From an uncultured delta proteobacterium (GTDB lineage: Bacteria > Desulfobacterota > Binatia > UBA9968), in NCBI GenBank assembly GCA_963771465.1, contig CAVYTU010000014.1, forward strand, positions 512,001 to 576,000: a stretch of DNA of 64,000 nt, in the 5' to 3' direction. The position numbers were made by a program, and so were the translations under genes. Under the pieces are notes generated by a model. That model did no database searches. It saw nothing but the letters and a program-made list of their open reading frames with translations, and was not told the origin of the DNA. This document shows, piece after piece, positions 1 to 10,542 of the stretch; positions within the stretch are counted from its first letter, which is position 1, and each line of letters starts with the position of its first letter.

Positions 1-771
1 TTGCGGAAAATGAACCAGAACCATCGTACAAAAAAACACTGCAGGTCAGTTCCCAAAACAACAACCAAATCAGTGTCAACAGCGCTATTCCGGGAATCGA
101 ACCTTCATTTAAGAAAAACAATTCCTTATTGCGTTGGATCGCGAGCCTCGTGCAGGCCGCCAGAAAATTTCGCCTGAATATCCAATTGATCAAGAGCACT
201 AAGGTCACCACCAAAGCAAGAACCGTAAATCCCATCGCGGCATCAGAGTTCACCGAAAATATTTGCCAACTCCACGCCCCACCCATACTTGGGCAAGCAA
301 AGTGAAAAGTAGAGATTGGACAGTGACTTCGCCAGCCGCATATTGGAAGGCGTCACGGCTTGAAAACTCCAGGAATGAACGCGCGGCGAGATACTGATAA
401 ATCGCCGCGAGCGCTGCGGCAGCAATGCCAAGCGTAAACCAGTCATGGACCGCGTAGACAGCTAGGAAAGGAAACCACATCGCAATCCGTAGAAAACGAA
501 TTGCGGCCCGTGTTAACCAACCATTTCTCAGAATGACCAGACTAACAGCCCAGCCGATAAGACCGCCCGCAACGAGCGAGAACATCGCCTGCCGGAGCAT
601 GCCAGGAAAACCTCGGAGATATTCGATATCGCCAAGCGATCGGAAGTACACAAATGGATGCGGGAACCGGGTTGTATCTCTAATGCCCAGATAGGACGTC
701 AGGTCGTAAAGAAACGAAACGACGGCAATGAATAGAAATATCGTGACCCGATCGACGTGCCATTTTTTCAA
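1..771 (-). CDS. ABC transporter permease (nitrate/sulfonate-type), runs off the window edge; one frameshift near 277
   Basis: Hydrophobic ORF 250..771 (TTG start, GGAGG RBS). After a G-run near 277 another frame continues open to position 1 with more TM helices (AMGFTVLALVVTLVLLINW...IALLTLIWLLFWEL). Confidence 0.6.
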
Positions 772-816
772 ATTGCGCCTCCGCCGGATTTGCTGGTGGC
801 TTGGCCGCGCGTGAAG

Positions 817-2259
817 CTATTTCATCCGAAAACTCGGCGGTACGACTTCGTCGATGGCTTTTCCCGTCCAGTGCCATTTGGCGACGCTATCCCAGACCTG
901 TTCGCCTTTGGCCTGGACTTTTTCCAACAACTCTTCTTCGTTGAGGCGAAGAAATTTGCCGTTGTCGACCAGCGTCTCGCCGTCGACGATGACCGTGCGC
1001 ACGTCGCGGCTGACGGCGGTTTCCATTAAGGATCGAATGGGATCGCGCACGGCGCCGAAGGCGATGTCGCGGAGATTGACGATCGTGATGTCGGCTTTGG
1101 CGCCTTTTTGTAATCGGCCCAAGTCGTCGCGGCCGAGCATCTTGGCGCCGCCAAGCGTGATCGAGTTAAATACATCGCGCGGATGGCCGGCGAGGAAGCT
1201 CTTGTCGGCGACGCGAGACGCGATCGCCGCATAACGCATGTCGGAGAGAATGTCCTTGGGAAAAGTGTCGGTGCCGATGCCCATGTTGATACCGGCTTGG
1301 CGATACTTATCGAACGACTCCATCAAAATACCGAGCTTTAAATATTTTAGCGGGCTGTAGGCCACCGACGCGCCGGAGTCGGCGATAATTTTAAGATCGT
1401 CGCCATAGGGATACGAGAGCCAGCTGTGGCCGCTGATAAAAATGCAGTGCGACAGCGAAACTTCAGGGTTTAGAAAGCCGAATTTTTTGAGCAACTCGAT
1501 CGGTGTGCAGCGCTCGCGCTGCATGACGGTGTGAAACTCGAATAGATTGATGGTCGCATGAATCTGCACGCCGACGCCGGTGTCCTTCGCAGCTCTGGTC
1601 GTATCGTTCAACAACGCCGGCGTGCAGGAATCGACATGGCCGGGAAACAACATCGCCGTCATGCGCCCGTTGCACGCGCCGTTGAATTTTTTGGCGAAGT
1701 CGATGGCGCTTTTCAATCCCTTACTGCCGCGCTCGTCGTCCCAGTCGTATTCCAGTCTGCCTTCTTTATCGTGGAAGAAGGCGACGTTCTTGTAGCTCGG
1801 ACCGGCGACGCAACGGATGCCAACTTGATCGATCATGTCGACATAACGTTGCGGCTCACCGCCGGCGCCGCCGATATCGAACGTGGTCGTTACGCCGCTT
1901 TTGAGCACGTGAATGATCGAATAGCGTTGGCCGATGTCGACGTCTTTTAAGTGCGCCGAGTGTGCGCCCTCGCGCGTCGGGCCGCCGTGGGCGAGATAAT
2001 TCGAAGCGAAGAAATCGGTTTTGGTGGAATCGTTGAGTATGTAGTCGCTGGCATTGATACCCGAGTGAAAGTGCGTGTCGATAAAACCGGGGGAAACCAG
2101 GCAGCCTTTGGCGTCGATCCGTTGATCGACCGGCTGGCTGTAATCTTTGCCGACGAACTCGACGCGATTGCCGTCATAAACGACCACACCGTCTTTGATC
2201 ACTTCGTGTGCGTTGCCGTCGAAACCGACGACCCAGCCGCCTTGGATAAGCGTTTTCAT
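817..2259 (-). CDS. Amidohydrolase family protein (chlorohydrolase/SsnA-like deaminase)
   Basis: PGFIDTHFH metal motif, GIGTD motif, C-terminal GRLQKGAKADI. Confidence 0.88.
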   Translation of the reverse strand: MKTLIQGGWVVGFDGNAHEVIKDGVVVYDGNRVEFVGKDYSQPVDQRIDAKGCLVSPGFIDTHFHSGINASDYILNDSTKTDFFASNYLAHGGPTREGAHSAHLKDVDIGQRYSIIHVLKSGVTTTFDIGGAGGEPQRYVDMIDQVGIRCVAGPSYKNVAFFHDKEGRLEYDWDDERGSKGLKSAIDFAKKFNGACNGRMTAMLFPGHVDSCTPALLNDTTRAAKDTGVGVQIHATINLFEFHTVMQRERCTPIELLKKFGFLNPEVSLSHCIFISGHSWLSYPYGDDLKIIADSGASVAYSPLKYLKLGILMESFDKYRQAGINMGIGTDTFPKDILSDMRYAAIASRVADKSFLAGHPRDVFNSITLGGAKMLGRDDLGRLQKGAKADITIVNLRDIAFGAVRDPIRSLMETAVSRDVRTVIVDGETLVDNGKFLRLNEEELLEKVQAKGEQVWDSVAKWHWTGKAIDEVVPPSFRMK

Positions 2260-2359
2260 TGTTCGTGCCTTTCAAATTCGGGAATGCGAAACAGTGGCAG
2301 GACTAACAAAAGAAAATCACCAAGACAAGGACTGTGGCGGGCGCGCAATCAGCAATTGA

Positions 2360-2512
2360 TCAACGGCCGGGAGAGGCAAATTCATTGCCCCACGGTTCTT
2401 TGACGAATCCTTTTTTTTCTAGATGGGCGGTGAAATTATTGCCCAGGATGATCATGCGGCGGTCGACGATTTCTTTGGCGTCAACATCTAGGATGACTGC
2501 AAATGCTTCACT
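2360..2512 (-). pseudogene. Degenerate 3' remnant of an ABC substrate-binding protein paralog
   Basis: Translates as DVDAKEIVDRRMIILG-NNFTAHLEKKGFVKEPWGNE, matching the upstream gene's NVYTKDIVDRRMIVPG...DNTFVHNLEKSGFQKELW, with an internal deletion and frameshifts. Confidence 0.7.
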
Positions 2513-2521
2513 CCGAACACC

Positions 2522-3589
2522 CTATCGACTCCACAACTCTTTCTGAAAGCCGCTCTTCTCCAAGTTATGCACGAAAGTGTTATCGTAGATCTCCTCCGTC
2601 TTGCGTTTGATCGGTGTTCCCAGCGAGCGCAGGAGATCCATCGAATCGCTCACTGCCTGACCCGGCACAATCATGCGCCGATCGACGATATCTTTGGTGT
2701 AAACGTTGTACGACACCTGGAGTGCTTCTTCGTCCTTGGTGCGCATGATTTTCGCGATCGCCGATTTGGTCTTGCCTGGGTTTTTATCGACGAAGTGAAT
2801 CGCTTCGGCAAACGCCGCGACCATGCGTTGCACCATCTCCGGCCGTTCACGCACGGTGCGCGAGGTTGCGTGCAGCGAGCTGTAGATAAATGGAATGTCG
2901 AGGTCGATCAGTCGATACGTCACATTATAGCCGTCGTTCTTGGCGCGCACATCGATGGGCGGTGTAACGACGACTCCCTGAACCAGATTGGCCACCATCG
3001 CCTGATAGCGCTCGTTTTGGCTGCCGCCGATGGGACGCATGGTGACGTCCGGCACGTTGAATTTTTTCACCATCGCTCGCGATAACCGGTCGCTCAGATC
3101 ACCGGCGCGCGCTACGCCGAGCGCTTTGCCTTTTAAATCTTCCATGCGGCGAATTTCTTTGCGCGTTACCAGCACGTAAGGCAATTTGACCAGCGGCGCG
3201 GCGACCAGTTTCACGTCGACACCCGCGGCCAAAGACGGCAACGTCGCGTCCGCCGCGCAATAGAGAAATTGAATTTCATCAGCTAATAGCGCAGCCAATG
3301 CCGGACCGCTGCCGCGGATAAACACATGCTCCATCTTAAAACCGTATTTGTCGAATAACCTGTTCTCCAGCGCGGTGTAGAGATGCGCGAAGCCGCCGGA
3401 GACCGCGCAGGTAGCGATGCGGATGCTCACCGGTCGTTCACCCTGCCGTGCCAAGTACGGATTAAACTGCGCGGTAGCCGCACTGCTGAAAATCGTGATC
3501 AGCGCTGACAGCATTATCAGAAAACACTCCGCACTCCGGCGACCCATCGCCCAATGAAAGCGCTTTAGCTCATCAACCGACACACTCAT
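2522..3589 (-). CDS. ABC transporter substrate-binding protein (NMT1/THI5/SsuA-like)
   Basis: Signal peptide, DLKGKALGV motif, typical fold pattern; start uncertain. Confidence 0.85.
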   Translation of the reverse strand: MSVSVDELKRFHWAMGRRSAECFLIMLSALITIFSSAATAQFNPYLARQGERPVSIRIATCAVSGGFAHLYTALENRLFDKYGFKMEHVFIRGSGPALAALLADEIQFLYCAADATLPSLAAGVDVKLVAAPLVKLPYVLVTRKEIRRMEDLKGKALGVARAGDLSDRLSRAMVKKFNVPDVTMRPIGGSQNERYQAMVANLVQGVVVTPPIDVRAKNDGYNVTYRLIDLDIPFIYSSLHATSRTVRERPEMVQRMVAAFAEAIHFVDKNPGKTKSAIAKIMRTKDEEALQVSYNVYTKDIVDRRMIVPGQAVSDSMDLLRSLGTPIKRKTEEIYDNTFVHNLEKSGFQKELWSR

Positions 3590-3889
3590 CGCTGGATTCT
3601 CCTCATTCTCTTCCTCCGCTTTCGGCAGGGGCGGATATTAGACGATTTTACTGGTCCACTCAATCATATAACACGAGTTTTTTGGCGGATCGTTGAGGCA
3701 AATTGTGGGGCGGCAGCTCAGGGGATTTCAAGCCGCAAAGCGGAAATGCCCGATGTCTCCGCCATTGACGACAAAATATTTACTTTCCAGAGTTCTGCCG
3801 CTGCATGTCCAATGTAAGCGAACTAGCTAGCGGTAAAGCGCCGCGAAAAATTCCGCCTAACTAACCGGACATAGACATACTAGGAGGAT

Positions 3890-3924
3890 AAAGAGCGCAG
3901 TCCTCGGTATCTGAGGGCTGCGCA
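3890..3924 (-). terminator. Probable intrinsic terminator downstream of degQ
   Basis: GCGCAGTCCTC-N7-GAGGGCTGCGC hairpin followed on the minus strand by TCTTTAT. Confidence 0.4.
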
Positions 3925-4124
3925 TCGATGGATTGAACTCGGCGGACTCGGCAATCAATGGCAGCGACTTGATGGGCCAACTAAAAACCCACGTGGATTG
4001 CTCGCCAGGCAGGATGGCGATTGCCTGCTCAGAGACAGCGACGTCGTCTTTACTAAGGAGAGGACAGCGCCGCGCTCGCTGATTCTATTTCTTCAATGGC
4101 AATCCGGCTTTAATGCGGATAATG

Positions 4125-5603
4125 CTATCGCTTGAGCGCGAGGAACAAACTATTCTGGCCGCGCCGAACTAGAAATAGCACCGACTTGGCTTTTTCGTTG
4201 CGCGCCAGTTCGCGTTTATAGTCGGCTAAATTCTTTACCGGCTGACGATTGATCTCGGTGATCACATCGCCGGATCGCAATCCCGCTTCTTCGGCGTTGC
4301 TGCCCGGCGTTACCGCCGAAATCACCAGTCCTTCGCCGCGTTCGATGCCGAGATTTTCTGCGAGTTGCGGCGTCAGTGGCTGCACGGTCAAACCGAGTTC
4401 GCCGGCTTGGGTCGTTGTCGCGACTTCGGCTTCCTTCATTTCGCCGACGATGATGGGTAACGACATCTCTTTACCGTCACGGGCGATCTTTAGTTGCACT
4501 GACGTTCCAGGCGTCACGCGCGCCACCGCCGACGGCAGGTCGGCAGAGTCTTTGATCGGCTTACGGTCGAACTCGACGATCACATCGCCCGTTTTTACTC
4601 CAGCGCGCTCCGCCGGTCCGCCCTTCACCATGTCGGCCACCAACGCGCCGCGCGCGGTATTTAACCCGAGTGAGTCGGCGATTTCGGGCGAGACTCTTTG
4701 TACTGATGTGCCGATGAAGCCGCGCACGACCTTGCCCTTGTCGCGCAATTGCGGCAAAAGCTCTTTTACCGAATTCGACGGGATCGCAAAGCCAATGCCA
4801 ACGTTGCCGCCGGACTGGCTAAAGATCGCCGTATTGATGCCGATCACTTCGCCGCGCAAATTGATCAGCGGTCCGCCCGAGTTACCTGGGTTGATCGAAG
4901 CGTCGGTCTGAATAAAGTTGTCATAAGGACCCTGGCCGATATTTCGCCCCTTGGCGCTGATGATACCGGAGGTTACCGTGTGATCGAGACCAAACGGATT
5001 GCCGATCGCCATCACCCATTCGCCAACTTCGAGCCGGTCCGAGTCACCCAGAGATACCGCGGGCAGTTCGCGTCCAGCCTCGATTTTGACCACCGCAATG
5101 TCGCTCTTCTGATCCTTGCCGATCACTTTCGCTTCATAGTCTTTGCCATCGGCGAGTTTGACGACAAGTTTTTGCGAACCGTCGACGACGTGATAGTTGG
5201 TCAAGATCGTGCCATTGCTCTCGACAATAAAGCCGGAGCCGATGCCGCTCTGGCGCTGTGGCCCACGCGGACCACGCCCGCCAAAAAATCGCTGCCAAAA
5301 CTCGTCCGCTGGGTTGTTACCGCCGAATGGAGATTGTTCTTCCTGCGCTGTGCCGCGAATTCGCGTGGTCGAAACATTGACCACCGAAGGTCCGAGCTTT
5401 TTCGCTAAGGCGATAAAATCCGGCAGGCTCTGTACAGCAGCGCTCGGTGTCGAGCTGCTCGCCGCGTGCACCGGCTCCACACCCGAGTGAAAGCGCTCGA
5501 TGACTCCGCTAATACCCGCACCGGCCAGCAATGATACAACGCTGGCCACTGCGATGGATTTCACTCTCAATTTACGTATTGCTTGGAAAAGCTGGCAGTC
5601 CAT
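4125..5603 (-). CDS. degQ: Do/DegQ family periplasmic serine protease with two PDZ domains
   Basis: GSGFI, TNYHVV, IQTDASINPGNSGGPL catalytic motifs, two PDZ repeats. Confidence 0.93.
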   Translation of the reverse strand: MDCQLFQAIRKLRVKSIAVASVVSLLAGAGISGVIERFHSGVEPVHAASSSTPSAAVQSLPDFIALAKKLGPSVVNVSTTRIRGTAQEEQSPFGGNNPADEFWQRFFGGRGPRGPQRQSGIGSGFIVESNGTILTNYHVVDGSQKLVVKLADGKDYEAKVIGKDQKSDIAVVKIEAGRELPAVSLGDSDRLEVGEWVMAIGNPFGLDHTVTSGIISAKGRNIGQGPYDNFIQTDASINPGNSGGPLINLRGEVIGINTAIFSQSGGNVGIGFAIPSNSVKELLPQLRDKGKVVRGFIGTSVQRVSPEIADSLGLNTARGALVADMVKGGPAERAGVKTGDVIVEFDRKPIKDSADLPSAVARVTPGTSVQLKIARDGKEMSLPIIVGEMKEAEVATTTQAGELGLTVQPLTPQLAENLGIERGEGLVISAVTPGSNAEEAGLRSGDVITEINRQPVKNLADYKRELARNEKAKSVLFLVRRGQNSLFLALKR

Positions 5604-5699
5604 GAATTACCCTCCACCCACGTTAGACGGCATCGCCACGCAATTCGTTCGCGGTCAAGCCAACGAAGCGCGCAGATGTGCCGCCCGCAGAGGTCCTGG

Positions 5700-6152
5700 T
5701 TAGCCTGCCAGCTGGCTGGAATGCTCTTTGCCAGGGCGAGCCAGCGTGGTTTCTTTCCAACGCTGGAGCCCGGCGCGCATATAATTGGGGTCGTAGCCGA
5801 GCGCCTCGCAAAGATTGTCGAACGAGAACATATACGAACGATCTCGATCGAGAATCCATTGCTCGGCTTCCACGTGTAGCAATCGTTTGGGTTTATGACG
5901 CGCGCCGATATGATCTTGATAGCAGCTCACCGCATCGCGCAGCACCGCTAGCATGAGCACCCGTTCCGGGTCCATGGGAAGCTGGCGGGTTTGTGTCGAG
6001 AGATACTGACTTTCGATCAGGACGTCAGGTTGAAAAATCGCCAGCGCTTTTTCTTCCATCGGCGCCCGCGGCGGATTGACCGCTTTGGTCCAGAAAGGTT
6101 GCCGTTCACGGTGATCTATCGGCTTCGAACTTTTCCCCTTTTTTCTACTCAC
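5700..6152 (-). CDS. Conserved hypothetical protein (small helical protein)
   Basis: GTG start with AGGGGG RBS (alternative ATG 6059); motif LMLAVLRDA...EAEQWI...FSFDNLCEALGYDP.Y.R.GL. Confidence 0.7.
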   Translation of the reverse strand: MSRKKGKSSKPIDHRERQPFWTKAVNPPRAPMEEKALAIFQPDVLIESQYLSTQTRQLPMDPERVLMLAVLRDAVSCYQDHIGARHKPKRLLHVEAEQWILDRDRSYMFSFDNLCEALGYDPNYMRAGLQRWKETTLARPGKEHSSQLAG

Positions 6153-6479
6153 AATACACCCCCTAGAGAACTTAGACGGACCAAGTGGCAGCAATGTTCC
6201 AAATATTTCCTTACGTAACCGGCTGATGAGGATGGCAGAGCGCAAAAACAGTCAGATTAATCGCGACATCACGCCGCTGACACAAAGTGTTATCAAGCCG
6301 AAAATCACTTCCAGTCCGACGTTTAGCCCGGCACCGAGCCGCAATGGGCGCCGACGAACCCACCGGGCACCAGAGAAGTGACATAGTGACCACCCCCGGT
6401 CTCGCTATTTCGCATCGCTATGCTCATTCCGTTCCCGATCCCGTTGACCGCATCGAGCAAGATGGTAAAGTAGCTGCCC

Positions 6480-7658
6480 ATGCCTTTAGCGACTATCGAA
6501 GAAGCGATCGAAGACTATCGTCGCGGCAAAATAGTCATCCTGATGGATGACAAGGATCGCGAGAATGAAGGCGACCTGTGCATGGCTGCCGAGAAAGTCA
6601 CGCCACAAGCGATCAACTTCATGGCGACCCATGGCCGCGGGCTGATCTGCTTACCGCTAACCGAAGAGCGGGTGCGTCACCTGGGCATCGCCATGATGGT
6701 GTCGGAAAATACTTCGCCATTTGGCACTGCCTTCACGGTTTCCATTGACGCCGCTCGCGGCATCACCACCGGAATCTCCGCGGCCGATCGGGCCAAGACG
6801 ATTCTTGATGCCATCGCTGACGACGCCAAACCATCGGACCTAGTCACGCCCGGCCATATTTTTCCCCTCCGTGCCCGCGACGGCGGCGTCTTAGTCAGAG
6901 CCGGCCAAACCGAAGGATCGGTCGACCTCGCGCGCCTCGCCGGGCTTAAGCCGGCAGGCGTTATCTGTGAGATCATGAAAGACGACGGCACCATGGCGCG
7001 TCAGCCGGATCTCATGCGCTTCGCCAAGAAGCATAAGCTCAAAGTCGTCACCAATGCCGATCTGATTCAGTATCGCTTGAACTACGATTCACTCGTATAC
7101 AAAGCCGCCAGCGCACCGCTGCCGACCCGTGTGGGCGGTGAGTTTCAAGCCATCGTCTATAACACCCACGTTGACGACAACGAGCATCTTGCCTTGATCA
7201 AAGGCACCATTTCGCCGAAGGAAGAAACCTTGGTGCGGGTTCACACCAAATACGTGCCCGGCGATGTTTTCGGCTTTGAGCTGCTCAACACCGGCGCGGT
7301 CATTCAGCGCTCCATGGAGATCATCGCCAAGGCAGGCAAAGGTGTCATCTTATATTTGCAGCCGAAGCAAAAAGCGCATCATCCGACGATGATGGCCTAC
7401 CCGAAAGTCGAAGGTAAACAGCAAAAATCCATGAACCGTTCCTTTGTCTACCAGGCGGACTTCAAGGAATATGGCATCGGCGCACAAATTCTGCGCGATC
7501 TCGGCGTGCGTAAAATGCGCTTGTTAACCAATAACAAGAAGCATCTGGTCGGCCTGCGCGGCTACGGCCTAGAAGTCACTTCGCTGGTACCGATTCCGCG
7601 CGATAATCTGCTGCGCGAAGCCGCCAAGCTGGCTAAACCCAAAGCCAAACGCGCCTAG
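6480..7658 (+). CDS. ribB: DHBP synthase fused to a degenerate GTP cyclohydrolase II domain (RibBA/RibBX-like)
   Basis: [17 protein letters not shown] RibB motifs intact; GCH II domain lacks the Zn-binding cysteines. Confidence 0.9.
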   Translation: MPLATIEEAIEDYRRGKIVILMDDKDRENEGDLCMAAEKVTPQAINFMATHGRGLICLPLTEERVRHLGIAMMVSENTSPFGTAFTVSIDAARGITTGISAADRAKTILDAIADDAKPSDLVTPGHIFPLRARDGGVLVRAGQTEGSVDLARLAGLKPAGVICEIMKDDGTMARQPDLMRFAKKHKLKVVTNADLIQYRLNYDSLVYKAASAPLPTRVGGEFQAIVYNTHVDDNEHLALIKGTISPKEETLVRVHTKYVPGDVFGFELLNTGAVIQRSMEIIAKAGKGVILYLQPKQKAHHPTMMAYPKVEGKQQKSMNRSFVYQADFKEYGIGAQILRDLGVRKMRLLTNNKKHLVGLRGYGLEVTSLVPIPRDNLLREAAKLAKPKAKRA

Positions 7659-7699
7659 CCCTGCGGGATTACAATTTCAAATCGCAGATTTCAAATTGA

Positions 7700-8218
7700 T
7701 TAAGGATCTTCCGGCGGGTCCAGATAGCTCGGCAGGTCCGGGCGAATTCGTTTGAGTGCTTCGCCGATGTTAGAAAAAACTCGCTCTTCAATCAATTGAC
7801 CGTTGACCCAGTAGTCCAGTGACGGTGCGTCGACGAAGTTGATATCGATATACCGTTCACCCAGCGGTTCGCCGGTGATGATCACTCGGACGGAAAAGCC
7901 GGCGTCGATTACGATGCCTCGGGTGCCGGCAGGCAGCGGCAAAGCACTTTTGATTTTACCCAACTTATCCGGCGGGTAAGTGCCAACCTCGAGGGAGTAA
8001 TATCCCCATTCACCAGGCGCGATTGTCAGCTCTTTAAAAAACTTCTGGTTGATATCGACGAGATTTTTGGCGGCTTCATCCTGATTGTAATTCTTGAGCA
8101 GCTCATAGGCCCATTTCTCGATGATCCCTTTGACCGGCTCGGCAGACTTTTCCCGCTCCTTGACCGCTTTGCGATCAATCCACCATTTCGTTTCTTCAAA
8201 AGCTTTTTCGTCTGCCAT
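7700..8218 (-). CDS. Hypothetical protein
   Basis: 172-aa ORF directly downstream of the 8245..9237 gene on the same strand, protein-like composition. Confidence 0.65.
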   Translation of the reverse strand: MADEKAFEETKWWIDRKAVKEREKSAEPVKGIIEKWAYELLKNYNQDEAAKNLVDINQKFFKELTIAPGEWGYYSLEVGTYPPDKLGKIKSALPLPAGTRGIVIDAGFSVRVIITGEPLGERYIDINFVDAPSLDYWVNGQLIEERVFSNIGEALKRIRPDLPSYLDPPEDP

Positions 8219-8244
8219 GGCGATCGGCGAAGTTCGTTCTCAGG

Positions 8245-9237
8245 TTAAATCTTGAATTCCTCAAGCGTGCTCTTGGCGAATAGCGAATCGATCTCGGGCT
8301 TCTTGCTGATCAAACCTTGCTCGTGGGTGTACTGCACCAGCGTCTCCAAGATGTGTCGATTGGCGGCCAAACCGTAAGCCCATGGATCGGGGCCGAGAAC
8401 TGCGCGCTCTTTTTCCATCTCATCGATCGACCAGGCCAACATGTATTTCAGCGCCGAGAACTCATACATCGCCTCTTGGCAGATGCGCTTGGATTCTTCG
8501 AATGCCTTGAACAGGCTCTGGGCAATCCACGGATGTTTTTCGTAAACTTCTTCGCGGATGACCATGGTGTGCATGATCGGGAAAATCTTGGTCCGCTTGA
8601 AATAGTCCGCTTCCACTTCGCGAAAGTTAGCAATCAGGCGCGCGACCTTGGGGTGGCGGCGCACGAACGGCGACGGCATATGCGCCGAGATCATCGCGTC
8701 GATCTCGCCGCGTTCGAGCATGCCGGAGAGCGTCTTGTCGCCGGCAATGGCCTGGACATCGATATTGGGCGGCAATTTGTGTTGGACCTTGTCTTGGCGA
8801 CCGGGAGACTCTTCGCCGCCGGTAAACCATTTCATTTTCTCCGGCGCCACGCCGTATTCATGCTGCAAGATGCCGCGCGCCCAGGTCGCCATGGTGATTT
8901 GATATTCGGGCACGCCGACTCGTTTGCCCGCCAGGTCCGCCGGCTTTTTGATGCCGGAATCGGTGTTGATGTATATGCACGAGTGGCGAAAAGTCTTCGA
9001 TGGGAAAACTGGAATACCGATCAAGCGCGGCGCGCCTTTGTCGCGCGACATCAAAAAAGAGCCCGTCGACATTTCCGCCACGTCGAACTCGCCGTAGCGC
9101 AGCATGCGCCAAAACGTCTCCTCGACGCGCAGCGGCAAATACGTCAGATCGACGCCTTCCACTTCGACTCGGCCATCTTGCAGCGCCCGCGTCCGATCGT
9201 AATCCCAACAAGCCAATGTCAATCGGATCTTCCCCAT
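8245..9237 (-). CDS. 4,5-dihydroxyphthalate decarboxylase-like / substrate-binding-fold protein
   Basis: LTLACWDYDRTRAL, FRHSCIY, GVPEYQITM, IFPIMH motifs. Confidence 0.85.
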   Translation of the reverse strand: MGKIRLTLACWDYDRTRALQDGRVEVEGVDLTYLPLRVEETFWRMLRYGEFDVAEMSTGSFLMSRDKGAPRLIGIPVFPSKTFRHSCIYINTDSGIKKPADLAGKRVGVPEYQITMATWARGILQHEYGVAPEKMKWFTGGEESPGRQDKVQHKLPPNIDVQAIAGDKTLSGMLERGEIDAMISAHMPSPFVRRHPKVARLIANFREVEADYFKRTKIFPIMHTMVIREEVYEKHPWIAQSLFKAFEESKRICQEAMYEFSALKYMLAWSIDEMEKERAVLGPDPWAYGLAANRHILETLVQYTHEQGLISKKPEIDSLFAKSTLEEFKI

Positions 9238-9259
9238 GAATCGCTCCCCGTTTGAATTT

Positions 9260-9478
9260 CTACAATGATGAGCTCACGCCGGCGAGAAATTGGTTGGCGC
9301 TGATGACAAACTGTTCTTTATCGCCTTCCAAAACCACCGCCGCTTCGCCCGAAGCAAGCGTTGTGCGGCACTGAATTTTGTACGCTTTGCCTTTGAAAGT
9401 GACCTGCGCTCCCGGCTTGAATCGCGCCAACTGCTGGTGATCCCGTTGCGCGTCGATCTTTTCCATGGCCATTTTCAT
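9260..9478 (-). CDS. Small hypothetical protein
   Basis: 72-aa ORF filling the gap upstream of 9237, GGTGA RBS. Confidence 0.55.
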   Translation of the reverse strand: MKMAMEKIDAQRDHQQLARFKPGAQVTFKGKAYKIQCRTTLASGEAAVVLEGDKEQFVISANQFLAGVSSSL

Positions 9479-9585
9479 AACATATCACCGAGCGAGCTTA
9501 AACCGTAAGGTGAAACAGCCAAAGAAAATGGAAATTGACTTCGACCTGACCCAAGATTACAGTCGCGCCCAATGGGAGCGAAATC

Positions 9586-10542
9586 ATGCGTATCGCGGTA
9601 ATGGGCAGCGGCGCAGTCGGCGGCTACTTCGGCGCTAAACTCGCCGCCGCCGGGCACGAAGTTGCTTTTATCGCCCGTGGCAAGCATTTGGCCGCGCTGC
9701 AAGAAAGGGGCTTGAAAATAAGTAACCCCAACGGCGATCTGAATATTCGCCAAGCGCAATTCAGCGCCGCAACCCAAGCCGTTGGCATGGTCGAACTGAT
9801 ACTTTTTTGCGTGAAATCCTATGACACGGAAACCGCGGCAGAAGCGATCAAGCCGATGGTGTCAGACAAAACGACAATTCTCTCGCTCCAAAACGGCATC
9901 GATAATCCGGCAAAACTGGCGCGATTTTACCGCGCAGACAGGATTCTTCCAGCGGTCGTTTATGTCGGCGCGCAAGTTAGCGCGCCGGGCGTGATCACCC
10001 ACTCTAACGGCGGTAGGATTATTTTGGGTCAAATGGAAGGCGCGGTCGGCGGCGCCGCAAACACTCTCGCGCAAACTTTGACCGCGGCGGGAATCCCTTG
10101 TGAAGCGAGCATAAATATTCGCAAGCTACAATGGACAAAGCTGCTGTGGAACGCGCCGTTTTGCGCCATTAGTTGCTTGGCCCGCGCGAACACGAAGCAA
10201 ATCGTCGAGTCGGAGTCGCTCACCCAGCTCGCATTGGATTGCATGGCGGAAGTGCAAGCCGCAGCGCGCACCCAAGGGGTCGAGCTTGCGCGTCAACAAT
10301 TCGACGACACCATTGAGTTCTCTAAAACCTTGGCGGATTTTAAACCGTCCATGCTACAAGACTTGGAAGCCAACAAACCGCTCGAATACCAAGCGTTTAA
10401 CGGCACCGTCGTTAAGTTGCTCGAAGCCGCCGGCGAGCCAGCGCCGATCAATAAGACTTTCTATGCTACACTCAAGTTTCTCGATGACAGAATTCGCGGG
10501 GAGGCCAATCGCAAACATCATGAAACCACTGGCAGTTATTAG
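9586..10542 (+). CDS. panE: 2-dehydropantoate 2-reductase family
   Basis: GSGAVGGYFG Rossmann motif, LQNG, WTKLLWN, SMLQD. Confidence 0.88.
   Translation: MRIAVMGSGAVGGYFGAKLAAAGHEVAFIARGKHLAALQERGLKISNPNGDLNIRQAQFSAATQAVGMVELILFCVKSYDTETAAEAIKPMVSDKTTILSLQNGIDNPAKLARFYRADRILPAVVYVGAQVSAPGVITHSNGGRIILGQMEGAVGGAANTLAQTLTAAGIPCEASINIRKLQWTKLLWNAPFCAISCLARANTKQIVESESLTQLALDCMAEVQAAARTQGVELARQQFDDTIEFSKTLADFKPSMLQDLEANKPLEYQAFNGTVVKLLEAAGEPAPINKTFYATLKFLDDRIRGEANRKHHETTGSY

Noticed and set aside
6250-6479. FMN riboswitch upstream of ribB
   Set aside because: No RFN core (AGGGCGGGGTGAAATTCCC) recognisable.
7668-7700. Short ATTTCAAAT direct repeat
   Set aside because: Only two copies, too short to assign a function.
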